64,000 bases of DNA. Source: Candidatus Marinacidobacterales bacterium. Its GTDB lineage: Bacteria; Acidobacteriota; Vicinamibacteria; Marinacidobacterales; DATDRI01. This document shows, piece by piece, positions 20,146 to 30,088 of the stretch. The notes below the pieces were generated by a model. That model saw only the letters and a program-made list of their open reading frames with translations. It was not told the origin of the DNA and ran no database searches. Position numbers and translations under genes: made by a program. The DNA is taken from positions 2,016,001 to 2,080,000 of the forward strand of contig CBDCNP010000002.1 in NCBI GenBank assembly GCA_965219415.1. The letters are read 5' to 3'. Within the stretch, counting starts at the first letter, position 1. Each line of letters begins with the position of its first letter.

Positions 20146-20200
20146 TACTACGCATTGTAGTAAATCGAGATCGAAAAAGCAAACCGCAATCAATGCGTAG
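20146..20200 (-). promoter_or_regulatory. Promoter and operator of the blaI-like gene
   Basis: TTGCTT-17-TACAAT, 9 nt before ATG; palindrome TACTAC-N5-GTAGTA (20146-20162) over the -10; inverted copy CAATGCGTAG at 20191-20200. Confidence 0.8.
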
Positions 20201-20282
20201 GTAATACCAAGAAGAGAGGCCCGCATGACGACCTTGAACACAAGTCTTTGCGCCTTGGACCAAAGAGAGGGCTCAGCATGCC

Positions 20283-20303
20283 TGGTGCCGGGAGCGGGAC
20301 TCG
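20283..20303 (-). repeat. Degenerate tRNA-Leu 3'-end copy (att-like)
   Basis: TGGTGCCGGGAGCGGGACTCG, 20/21 identical to 22976-22996. Confidence 0.75.
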
Positions 20304-20370
20304 CCTGCCAGGCCGCAGCTCGCAGTCGAACCGCGGAGCGAAACCTATTCCTTACGAGTTGAGGGTGTCG

Positions 20371-20402
20371 GCCATTGACTTACTAAGTCAATGGCTTATA
20401 AT
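20371..20402 (+). promoter_or_regulatory. Toxin-antitoxin promoter with palindromic operator
   Basis: TTGACT-16-TATAAT; perfect 12-bp arms GCCATTGACTTA-C-TAAGTCAATGGC. Confidence 0.82.
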
Positions 20403-20404
20403 AG

Positions 20405-20708
20405 ATGGGCGTGATGTTGTTCGAAATGGAATCCGAACAAGGACAGAGTCAATCGAGAACGACATGGTATCTCCTTCGAAGAGGTCAAGGAGCTATTCAC
20501 GAGCGACACAGACTTCTTGGAGATCTACGACGAAGAACATTCAGACGAAGAGGATCGCTTCATTGCGATCGGTCCGATCCGCGCTGGAGTCGTTGTCGTG
20601 GTTTGCACGGAGCGCGGAGACGACGTCATTCGCATAGTGAGCGCGAGAAAAGCCACGAAAAAGGAAATCCAACTTTTCCGCCAATACTATGGGGGCGCCA
20701 ATGAGTGA
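20405..20708 (+). CDS. BrnT family toxin; extra base near 20425
   Basis: FE-WNPNK..N..RHGISF..HSDEEDRFIAIG..TER..IRIVSARKA. Confidence 0.85.
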
Positions 20709-20994
20709 CGACATTCGCAAGTTGAACGACGAGGATTTCGCACGTGCCATCCCGCGGAAGCAACGTGAACGCATCATACGCGGCCAGATTGATCCGGGCA
20801 AGGACATCGTCTCCCTTAGACGGTTTACTGGTCTAACACAGCAGGAGTTCGCGGATGCTTTGGGCATCAGTGTTCACACGTTGCGCAACTGGGAGCAAGG
20901 TCGCCGAAGTCCCGAGGGGCCGGCCCTAGCTCTGCTGCGCATTGCAGCTCGGCACCCACGCGTCCTGCGCGAGAATCTGGCAGCTTCAGCCTGA
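20701..20994 (+). CDS. XRE-HTH antitoxin
   Basis: LTQQEFADALGISVHTLRNWEQGRRSPEGPA; overlaps the toxin stop. Confidence 0.85.
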   Translation: MSDDIRKLNDEDFARAIPRKQRERIIRGQIDPGKDIVSLRRFTGLTQQEFADALGISVHTLRNWEQGRRSPEGPALALLRIAARHPRVLRENLAASA

Positions 20995-21071
20995 ACCGGT
21001 CCCCTGGGTGCGTAGCAGCGCGTCCGGGTAAGCGTGCCCATCCGCCGCTCACACGGAAATCGCGTTGATCC

Positions 21072-21130
21072 TGGTGCCGGGGGCGGGATTCGAACCCGCA
21101 CGAGGGGTCACCTCAGGGGATTTTAAGTCC
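21072..21130 (-). repeat. Partial tRNA-Leu(TAA) duplicate (att site)
   Basis: 59 bp with 1 mismatch to the tRNA 3' part through the anticodon arm; D arm and 5' acceptor strand absent. Confidence 0.9.
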
Positions 21131-21409
21131 GTCCGACGGGTAGGCACTATCGGTCGCTATCTGCACAAGATGACTCGATCGAGGCATTTACTTTGGGTGA
21201 CGAGCTGTCCTTTGTGCACGATAGCAACGATAGGGCCTCATAGTTCAAGGCAAATTGAAGGCAAACGACATGAGCCGACTACCGTTTCGGGAGCGCCGCT
21301 CCCGCAAACATCTCCAACCTACCGAATCAACTCCGGATGTCCTTCATGAACAGGCGTTAGGAGGCTCGGCAGAGCCACTGAGGTGGCGAAGGTTTTGCGG
21401 ATGTATCTG

Positions 21410-22640
21410 TCATCCATGTAAGACCTCGCTCGGCCGGTCACCGTGATACGGACGCTCTGCAGAACCGTCTCGGCCGTTACCGGAATAGCCAACAGGTGGA
21501 GGATCATCGACCTCTCTCATGGACTCCAACCCCAGTAGATACACCACCTGCAGATCTTCCAGATATCCCACCACCTGAACATCGTCTGTATATCCCACAG
21601 GGTACACTCGGGAGAAGTCTTCGAGGCGCATCAGGACCTTCCCTTTTTTCTCCTGACTGTCAGACCCGATTGACAGGAACTCCTTGAGGAAGTAACGGAC
21701 TACAGAAACTCGTGTCAGGGCGCCTTTCCACGGGAACAGTCGATCGAGGTTTTGATAGGCGGGAGGGATCGAGTCGGTCGCCAGCTTGACGACGCGGTCC
21801 TCTACTCTGCTCACGCGTCCAAGGACCCAGCCGCGAGCCTCGTTCAGGCCGTCGTTGTAGATTAGGACCAGCTCATCGGCACTTAAGGTCGGGCACCGGG
21901 TGCTCCAGGACGACATCTTGGCCGTCGAAAGCGGCAACGGCATGAGGACCGGGATCCACGTCGGGATCGAGTCGCGTCCGGACGATTTCGAGGACATCGG
22001 GATCATGGTTGCCAACCGAAGGATCGATCTCCGGCGTCGTGATCGCCGGAAATTCAGGGGGCAATGACTCCCATGCCTGGAAGACATCCCTAGAGATAAC
22101 ATCGATGGCAAACCTCGCCGCCTGCTGAAGCTCCTGCACTTCAGGCGGTCTCTTGTTGTGAACGAGCACCCCGTTGGCGAAGAAATTATGGTGGGGCAAG
22201 ACGGTCAGGTCGTGGACCCTTACGGGAGAGTGAACTTCGACCCGTTCGCTGACCCTCGTGGCCCCTTGATGAAGCTCGACGATGTCGCCGGGCCAGACTC
22301 TGCCCGCCACACGCCAGTCGAGGGCTGTTCGAAGCGGGTGGGACGACGTGACTCCCAAGCTCCGTCCATCGGCGAAAGTGAATTGCAGGAAGCCCGCCTC
22401 GGAATAGGAATGTTTCGCCGTCACATGGCTTGGAACGATCTCCCCGGTTGCGGTCTTCGACAGGACTTCATCGCCCGGTTCGATATCCTCTATACGGCGC
22501 GGCCCATGTGGCGTTGCGATGACCGTTCCTTCGATGACGCAGTGAGGAGTCTCCAGGAACGGGGACAAGATCAGGCCCAAGAGGGCGGCTCCTAGGGCTA
22601 TGCCGCCGAGCCAGACGAGTTTGTGGACCTTTGTACTCAT
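21410..22640 (-). CDS. Membrane-anchored Hint (bacterial intein-like) domain protein; frameshift near 21885
   Basis: TM helix, then CVIEGTVIAT..IEDIEPGDEV..TSSHP..VHDLTV..HNFFANGVLVHN|K (22541-22155). Confidence 0.88.
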
Positions 22641-22975
22641 AAGGAGCGCTGGATCGCACCCGAGGTGCACTCTCGCTCTACAAGGCTGGGGGAGTAGTCC
22701 GTGACATCTATTGTACGACGGGTTGACGAGATTCGCATCACTCCTATTCTTTCCTCGGTGTTATTCTGTCAACTATGCTCCCGGTTGCTCAGTTACAGCT
22801 TTCATCTCCGTACCCTTACCCCCACTTCACACGTCGACGGTGCTCGTGACCGTCATCAAGGAGGCTGGAGATTTAAGGTGTCCTCAAATTGAGAACGGGG
22901 ACAGCACGGGGATAGTCGAGGCATTTTACGGCGATCTTGTCGCAGCGTGTTTGTATTTTAAGTGGTTGACTCGCC

Positions 22976-23062
22976 TGGTGCCGGGGGCGGGACTCGAACC
23001 CGCACGAGGGGTCACCTCAGGGGATTTTAAGTCCCCCGCGTCTGCCATTCCGCCACCCCGGC
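22976..23062 (-). tRNA. tRNA-Leu(TAA)
   Basis: 87-nt cloverleaf, GGGGA-CTTAAAA-TCCCC anticodon arm, long variable arm, GTTCGA, CCA end. Confidence 0.97.
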
Positions 23063-23145
23063 AAGACCGTAGGAAGTTGGCATTGTGCCATAGGCGAGGC
23101 CCACCAGAACATCGGAACTGGAGCCCGGATGACGGTCAGGAGCCT

Positions 23146-24365
23146 TTATGAACGACCATCCACAATGTGGGCACGTGAGATTTTCGCGAGCGAGGTCGTT
23201 CCCGCTTGCCGCATGATCCCCCTCGAGCTCGCGGCGTAAGATTTCCAAGACCGCTTCCACGCCCTCCTGACCAAAGGCACTGAGGCCCCAGAGATAGGGT
23301 CTTCCGATGGCGACGGCGTTCGCACCTAGCGCCAAGGCTTTGAAGATGTCGGTACCCCGGCGGAACCCGCCATCGACAATGACCGGGATCCGTCCGGACA
23401 CGGCCTCGACGATTTCGGGTAGACACTCGATGGTCGATCGGTCGCTGGCTTCGTTGCGGCCGCCGTGGTTCGACACGATGATGCCATCCACACCGTGCTC
23501 CACTGAAAGCTCGGCGTCCTCGCGGGTTACGATGCCCTTGAGGAAGAGCTTCATCGTTGTCGCGTCCTTGAGCCGCTCGATGTAGTCCCAGTCCATGTCC
23601 AGCGGGATCTCGTCAATCACCCGTGAAACGTCGATACCGTCGAACATGGGCCTTCGCTTCACCAGGCCGACCCAGGAGCTCCAGTCGTGACAGGTTTCGC
23701 AGTTGCGGTCGTCGCGCCTCGCGAAGCGTTGCGCGGTTTCTCGGTTGCCGCCGCCCTGGCCATCGATGGTCAGAGCCACGACCGGGCACCCCGCCGCCTC
23801 GGCTCTTGTAAGGAGACGCTGGGTGATACTCCACTCGTTGGTCGGATAAAGCTGAAACCAAACGGGGGCGCCGGTCGCTTCCGTGACCTCTTCCACCGAG
23901 GATGTGGCGACGGTCGAGAAAACCTGAAGATGTTTCTTTGTGCGCGCCGCCCGGGCCACGGCTAGCTCACCATCGGGATGAAACGCCTTTTGGCTGGAGG
24001 TCGGTGCCAAAATGATCGGCGTCTCCCAGCGCGTTCCCAGGAGCTCGACCGACGTGTCGATCCGGCTCACGTCGATGAGGCGTCGCACCCTGAGCTGAAA
24101 CTTCTGGAAGCCTTCGCGATTTGCGCGAAGTGTCCTATCGTCGTCTACACCGGTGGCCAGGTAACCATAGTGGGCGGGAGGTAGGATCTTCTCGGCGACT
24201 TCGCGAAAGTCGAAGACATTCAGGGCATCCCTTGGGATCAGTAATTACCTCACCGTCAGCACCTAGCTGAAACCAGCCGGGAGCACCGTGAACGAGGAGA
24301 GGGCTCGCCGCCATGAACCGCAGAAATTGGCGGCGATCCTCGAGTTGGCCGAAACGTTGCGACAT
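23146..24365 (-). CDS. FMN-dependent alpha-hydroxy acid oxidase with Tat-like signal; frameshifts near 24230 and 23220
   Basis: RRQFL, WFQLY, LKGI, IVSNHGGR, DGGFRRGTDIFKALALGA, GRP. Confidence 0.9.
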
Positions 24366-24396
24366 CACACCCCCCGACAAGTTTTTGGCAGACGAT

Positions 24397-24600
24397 CTAG
24401 GCCGAGTCGGCCGCCTTACCGTCGGGGTCGCTGATGCGTATGGAAACCTCGATGTTGAAGTTCTTTTCGCAGGAACGACAGTAATAGATCGAACTCGTTC
24501 GACCCACCGTGTGAAGCTGTTCCCAATGGCAATTAGGACAGATGAACACGAAATTCGCGCTGTACAGCACGGTACGTTTTGGCTTGCTCTTTTCCGACAA
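24397..24600 (-). CDS. Small zinc-ribbon protein
   Basis: 67 aa with FICPNC..YYCRSC..F; TTG start uncertain. Confidence 0.6.
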   Translation of the reverse strand: MSEKSKPKRTVLYSANFVFICPNCHWEQLHTVGRTSSIYYCRSCEKNFNIEVSIRISDPDGKAADSA

Positions 24601-24648
24601 TCGGTTGCCCCATGGGAACCGACGCTCGGAGGGGAAGGTTATGAGGGC

Positions 24649-24724
24649 TGGAGGCGGCGAGCGGATTCGAACCGCTGAATAAAGGTTTTGCAGACCTCTG
24701 CCTTAGCCACTTGGCTACGCCGCC
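24649..24724 (-). tRNA. tRNA-Cys(GCA)
   Basis: GGCGGCG acceptor stem, CTGCAAA loop, GTTCGAA, CCA end. Confidence 0.97.
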
Positions 24725-24804
24725 CGTTCACAAAAAAATAAGGCTGCCTGCCTCCCCGCTCGGCTCTTTTCAGCGCCATCCGAGCGGCACTTCTCAAGTA
24801 TTCA

Positions 24805-24879
<75 letters not shown>

Positions 24880-24890
24880 CGGCCTTGACG

Positions 24891-24919
24891 ATAATAGGTA
24901 ACGCCGGGGAAGCTGTCAA
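24891..24919 (-). promoter_or_regulatory. Sigma70-type promoter of the tRNA genes
   Basis: TTGACA-17-TATTAT just upstream of tRNA-Gly. Confidence 0.8.
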
Positions 24920-24959
24920 ACTGGGGGTTTTGGCGGCCCTCACGCTACTTCCTCCCCAA

Positions 24960-25023
24960 CCCGCCTCCGTCCGCTTTTGTTCCATTGACTACGACGGGTC
25001 CGCCGAAGCTTCAGCGGAGGCGG
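24960..25023. repeat. REP-like palindromic element, copy B (overlaps galT 3' end)
   Basis: CCCGCCTCCG..CTACGACGGGTCCGCCGAAGC..GCGGAGGCGG. Confidence 0.65.
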
Positions 25024-26041
25024 AAGGGGAGAGGGAAATGGAATCCCGGAGGGTTTGGGCAGCCTCCTCGGGGGGCGTGGGGTTGATGTAGATACCGGTT
25101 CCCCACTCGAATCCGGCCACTCTCGTGAGGATAGGCATGATCTCAATGTGCCAGTGATAAGACTCGTCCGATCCCTCGCGGCAGGGTGCGCTGTGGAGGA
25201 TCAGGTTGTAGGGGGGCCGGCCCAGCACCTCGTCGAGGGCTGTCAGAGTCGACCTAAGGGCTCCGGCTAGGCTGCCGCACTCGGTCTCCGACATGTCTTA
25301 GAAACGGGCGTTGTGTCGTCGCGGTAGCAACCAGCACTCGAAAGAAAACCTAGAAGCGTAAGGAGCCACCGCAATGAAATACTCATTCTTGAGAATGAGG
25401 CGCTCCCCATCGCGTTCTTCCTGGTGGGCGATGTCGCAATAGATGCAGCGTGATTTGCTGGAGAAATGCGCCCGAGCCCCTTCGACTTCTTCTCGAACCC
25501 GCGCCGGGACGATGGGTAGCGCGAGGAGCTGGGAGTGTCCGTGATCGAGCGTAGCACCCGCTTCGGGACCGTGGTTCCTGAAGATCACGATGTGTCGAAT
25601 CTGTGGATCCTTCGCGAGCTCACGGATTCGCGACTGATACACTCGCAAGACGTTTTCTATGGAATCTAGGGAAAGCGATGCCAGCGTCGCGCCGTGGTCC
25701 GGAGTCTCGACGATGACTTCGTGCACACCGACACCATCGAGCCGTTCAAAAAGCACCGAAAGGGCGGCACCTTGCTAGCCGACGTTGTGCCCCTCGTCGA
25801 GAGCGGGAAACTTGTTTGGAAACACTCGGACCTCCCACCCTGGTCTATCTGGATCGTTGCTCTGGGGAACGGTCAGCACCGCAGGAGGGGTCATCGCCTC
25901 GTTGCCCGGACAAAAGGGGCACGAATCAGAACGGCCGACGACCTCGGCGGTCCGTTTGGCGAAATCCGTAGGGCGACCCGCTCGCTCGGGTGCGATGAGA
26001 ACCCAGTTGCCGGCAATCGGATCTTTTCGAAGCTCGGACAA
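24989..26041 (-). CDS. galT: Galactose-1-phosphate uridylyltransferase (two frameshifts)
   Basis: MSELRKDP, CPFCPGNE, PNKFPAL, GVHEVIVE, HGHSQ, YHWHIEI, AGFEWGTG. Confidence 0.92.
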
Positions 26042-26056
26042 GAATGACCCCCTCGA

Positions 26057-26491
26057 CTAGGCCTGTCCGTCAAAAGCGTCTTGGTAGATTCTGACTACCG
26101 GCCGTCGATCGTCTGGGAACTCGATACCCACCACGTCGAATCGAATGGGCGACTCACTCCATCCCCGCCGGGCGGCGTAGGCGAGCGCCAGCCGGGTGAG
26201 CTTTCTTTGTTTTTGACGGTCAACCGCTTCTATCGGCGTCCCGAAGCGGCTGCCGCGGCGTGTTTTGACCTCGACGAAAACGAGTACTTCGCCGTGACGA
26301 GCAACGATGTCGATCTCCCCCAGCCGGCTTCGTTCTCATCTAGCAAGGATGCGGTAGTCCTCCTTCTTCAGCGCTCGGACGGCGAGGTCTTCGCCGCGGC
26401 GACCGAGCGACAAACTATCAAGGGAATTAGCGGCGTGTCCGACCAGAAATCGGCGGAACTTATCCCACCACGCACGAGGTCCCTCGTTCAC
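26057..26491 (-). CDS. yraN: YraN (UPF0102) family protein with a stray in-frame TGA at 26338
   Basis: Hand translation: LGRRGEDLA..ILAR*ERSRLGEIDIVA..LVFVEVKTR..EAVDRQKQ..RFDVV; GTGA overlap with cysS. Confidence 0.85.
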
Positions 26492-27891
26492 TTCCTGCGC
26501 CAGCGAGTACCGGCGGGTGTATCCTCGAGCACGATCCCCTTGCCATCGAGCTCGTCACGGATCGCGTCCGAACGAACGAAGTCACGCCGGGCCCTAGCCT
26601 CACGCCTCTCGGTGATCAGCTTCTCGACGTCGGCATCCAGCATCACCGCCTCGGTTTGTCTGAAGACACCGAAGACGGTGTTCAGCCGCTCGACTGTCCC
26701 CGCAATCTCGCCAGCATCCTCCTTGGTAAGAGAAGACGAAGAAAGAGCCCGATTCGCCTCCCTCACCAGGTCGAAAAGTGCGCCAAGCGCGGCCGGCGTA
26801 TTGAGGTCGTCATCCATGGCCTGCTCGAAAGCCTCGCGGGCACGGCGGGTCATATCCTGGACGCTTTCTGAAAGAGGACCGTCCGCTTGAACCTCCCCGA
26901 GCCTCTCCAACAGATCGTCGACTCGGCGGATAGCCTGTTCCGCCTGTCGGATGCCCTCGCGGCTGAAGTTCAACTGCTTGCGGTAATGGGCGGAGAGTAG
27001 AAGGTAGCGGATGCCGGCGGGCGAGAATCCTTCTTTCACGAGGTCGCGGACGGTGAACTGATTCCCCTTGGATTTGGCCATCTTCTCGCCCTCGACGAGC
27101 AAGAATTCGGCGTGGATCCAAAAACGGACGAAGGGCTTCCCGGTCGCCCCTTCACTTTGGGCGATCTCGTTCTCGTGGTGGGGAAAAATGAGATCGACTC
27201 CGCCGCCGTGAATATCAAAACTCTCACCGAGCAGCTTCATGCTCATCGCGGAGCATTCGAGGTGCCAGCCGGGGCGACCGGGCCCGATGTCGGTATCCCA
27301 GGACGGCTCGTTCTCCTTCGGGCTCTTCCACAAGACAAAATCCCGGGCATTCTCTTTGCCATAATCGTCACCGTCCCCGGCTCCCGACTGCATACCCTCG
27401 ACGTCGATCCGCGAGAGTTTTCCGTATTCGGGGAGTGTCGAAATACGAAAATAGATCGAGCCGTCCCTCTCGTACGTATGGCCTCGCTCCTTGAGTCTCT
27501 TGACCAGATCGACCATCGCGTCGAGGTATTCCGGATCGGTAGCACGAGGATAATGCTCCGCTCTTTCGATGTTCAACGTATCGGCGTCTTCGTAGAAATA
27601 CTCGATGAACTTGTCGGTGTATTCTCTCAGCGGCGACCCTTCCTCGAGCGCGCCGGCAATCGTTTTGTCGTCAACGTCGGTGAAGTTCACAACCTGTGTC
27701 ACGCGAAATCCCTTGTACTTCAGGTAACGCCGCAGGATGTCCTGAGCGACGAAAGTCTTGAAGTTACCGATGTGTCCTCGGTTGTAGACCGTCAAACCGC
27801 AGGTGTACATGCGGACATGACCAGGCTCGAGAGGCTCGAAAGCCTCTTTCGCCCCACCGAGAGTATTCGTGAGCTTGAGCGGGTTACCCAT
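26488..27891 (-). CDS. cysS: Cysteine--tRNA ligase
   Basis: YTCGLTVY..HIGN, GRPGWHLECSAM, HGGGVDLIFPHHENEIAQ, KMAKS. Confidence 0.98.
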   Translation of the reverse strand: MGNPLKLTNTLGGAKEAFEPLEPGHVRMYTCGLTVYNRGHIGNFKTFVAQDILRRYLKYKGFRVTQVVNFTDVDDKTIAGALEEGSPLREYTDKFIEYFYEDADTLNIERAEHYPRATDPEYLDAMVDLVKRLKERGHTYERDGSIYFRISTLPEYGKLSRIDVEGMQSGAGDGDDYGKENARDFVLWKSPKENEPSWDTDIGPGRPGWHLECSAMSMKLLGESFDIHGGGVDLIFPHHENEIAQSEGATGKPFVRFWIHAEFLLVEGEKMAKSKGNQFTVRDLVKEGFSPAGIRYLLLSAHYRKQLNFSREGIRQAEQAIRRVDDLLERLGEVQADGPLSESVQDMTRRAREAFEQAMDDDLNTPAALGALFDLVREANRALSSSSLTKEDAGEIAGTVERLNTVFGVFRQTEAVMLDADVEKLITERREARARRDFVRSDAIRDELDGKGIVLEDTPAGTRWRRK

Positions 27892-27893
27892 GT

Positions 27894-29528
27894 CTAAAGC
27901 CTCTTGACCACGACCAATGTCAGATCGTCGCCGAGCCCTGCTCCCGCGGCAAAAGCACGGGGGCGCCGACCAACCGCCCGACGATTTCTTGAGCGGGAAG
28001 ATTCGCCACTGCTAGGGCCGTTTCCACAATCCGGCCCCCCTCCTCGAACTCCTCGCCGTCAGGACTGCGGGTCTCGGACAATCCATCGGTATAGAGTACG
28101 AGCAGATCTCCGGGGTCGAGTTGGCTGCGGCCGACTTCCACATGGACCTCGGGAAGAAGCCCGACCACCTGGCTGCCCCGGCTCAATGACTCCACGTCTC
28201 CGCCCCCACGCAACAACAAAGGATAGACGTGACCGGCATTCACGTAGGTGAACTTTCCATTCGCCGGATCCAGTAAGGCGTAAAAGACGGTCACGTATTT
28301 GTTGAGCTCGGTCGTGCGGAAGACGATTTCATTCAATCGCGAGAAGAGTACATCGAGGGGCAAGTCGCCTAGACTCGAGAGCGTTCTCAGCGAGGCCTGT
28401 ACCGAAGCCATTAGGAGCGCCGGTCCGGTACCCTTTCCGGAAACGTCGGCGATCGCCAGCTCCTTTTCCAACTTCTGTTTCTCGACCCATTCGCGGGTAA
28501 GCCTCTGACGATCGAGAGCCGCTGCGCCCTGTGCGGTAAGCGAGCGAAGAAAATCCACATCGTCATCGCCGATTGGCTGGCCATTCGCCTTGCGCCCTAC
28601 CAGAAGTACTCCATGGGCGTCGCCTCCAGAACGAAGGGGCAGGACGACTTCGAAACCATGGGTCACCAGCAAGTCGCGGAGCTTTCCCGACTCGAGGTCA
28701 TCGACTCTCACCACTCCTCGGTCCTTCGCATTCAGCCTCGGCGTCTCCGATCGAAGAAGGTCGAGTTGCGCCGGGGTCGAGCTTGACACCTCTCACGTCC
28801 ACTCGTTTCGAGCCTACCAAAGCACAGCGAGTGGCGAGTGGCTGGCCCATGGCACTGGCCATCAGCACTTCCCGAACCCGCGTCGCGTCCACCGCAACGA
28901 GGAGCTCCCGCGTGATGTCGAACAGGGAGTCGAGTTGATAAATCTTGAGCGTCAACTTCTGGTTGAGGTGTTGTAGCTCTTCGTAGACGCGACCGTTATC
29001 TATACTCGCCGCGGCCGAAATCGAAAGCGCTTCCAAGAAAGATCGCTCGCCCGGCCCGTAGCCTCCCGGTCGCTTCCCCAGAACGAGAAGTCCGGTGAGT
29101 CGGGCGCCTTTTCTGAGAGGGGTGACGAGGTCTGCCTTTAGTAAACGGATCAGTTCGACGCAATCCGGTGCGAGCGTCGGGTCATCCGGTCTTGCGGAGC
29201 GCTCGAGCCCTTCCGCTCCTTCGGCCGCAAAACCGGGAGCGTCCTTTTGGGGTGCGGAGGCTCCTCGCCGTGCCATGAAACGAAAGAGACCATCGTCTCC
29301 CCTTAACGCAATGCAAGCCCAGGACGCTTGGGTCTCGCCAATGGCAACGAGAAGGACAAGGTCCAAAATCTCAGAGAGCTCGAGAGAACGATTCAGAGTG
29401 GTGCTGAAGTCGAGAAGGGTAAGAAGCTCGGACAGTCTCTTCCCGACGCTCGCATCCTCGGAAAGCCCGGTAAGGGGAGCTAGTGCCTTTTGGTAGCGGA
29501 AGGATAAGGGGGCGAGTTCGTCCGACAT
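27894..29528 (-). CDS. GAF-containing SpoIIE/RsbU PP2C phosphatase (frameshifts, internal deletion)
   Basis: ADVSGKG, YVNAGH, LYTDGL, DDLTLVV; GAF-like N-half. Confidence 0.85.
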
Positions 29529-29570
29529 TGCGAGTTGGCAGGACGCGATCGGACCGGCGAAGGCCCCCTG

Positions 29571-30062
29571 CTATTCACCTTTGGTCTTGCGTTGTTTGTA
29601 GCGGACCATGACACACATGTTCTTGCCCGAACCGGCCTTGCCGAAACGCAAATCATCCATCATTTGCCTCATGATGTAGAGACCTAGGCCGCCGGTTCGG
29701 TGCTCGGCAACCAACTTGTCGAGATCGAACTCGGGCATCGGGACCTCATCGAGCGGTTCGCCGTCGTGAAGGATCTGGATATCCAAGCTCTCGCCCTCGG
29801 GGTCGAAATGCATCTCGATCTCACGCCCTTCCTCTCCGCGGTAGGCGTGTTCCAAAACGTTGGTGGTTGCTTCCTCCACCGCCATGGCGATCTTCTCAGC
29901 CTCGGCCTCATCGAAACCCGTGGACTCGGCGAGTCGCCGCGCGAGCTCTCGCACCATGTGCAGGTAACGGGTATCGCTGGGAAACCGCACCTCCAGCATC
30001 GAACGGCTGTTGGGCGACGACGCTCCGTGTTCGTTCTCGGCTGGTTTCTGTGCGTTGGACAT
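29571..30062 (-). CDS. RsbW-like anti-sigma factor kinase
   Basis: AVEEATTNVLEHAY, GGLGLYIMRQMMD. Confidence 0.9.
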   Translation of the reverse strand: MSNAQKPAENEHGASSPNSRSMLEVRFPSDTRYLHMVRELARRLAESTGFDEAEAEKIAMAVEEATTNVLEHAYRGEEGREIEMHFDPEGESLDIQILHDGEPLDEVPMPEFDLDKLVAEHRTGGLGLYIMRQMMDDLRFGKAGSGKNMCVMVRYKQRKTKGE

Positions 30063-30088
30063 CGGTATTCGTAGAGTTCGACTACTTG

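Noticed and set aside
21072-21130. Second functional tRNA-Leu
   Set aside because: Lacks the D arm and 5' acceptor strand; treated as an att duplicate.
22155-22541. Canonical splicing intein
   Set aside because: The +1 residue is Lys, there is no endonuclease and the host is not a conserved enzyme.
22976-23062. Long-variable-arm tRNA as tRNA-Sec
   Set aside because: Anticodon is TAA with a 7-bp acceptor stem; no selC seen in the window.
26081-26890. 269-aa plus-strand ORF and similar long antisense ORFs (27112-27897, 35637-36359, 48520-49641, 58055-58936)
   Set aside because: Shadows of real genes on the opposite strand in GC-rich DNA.
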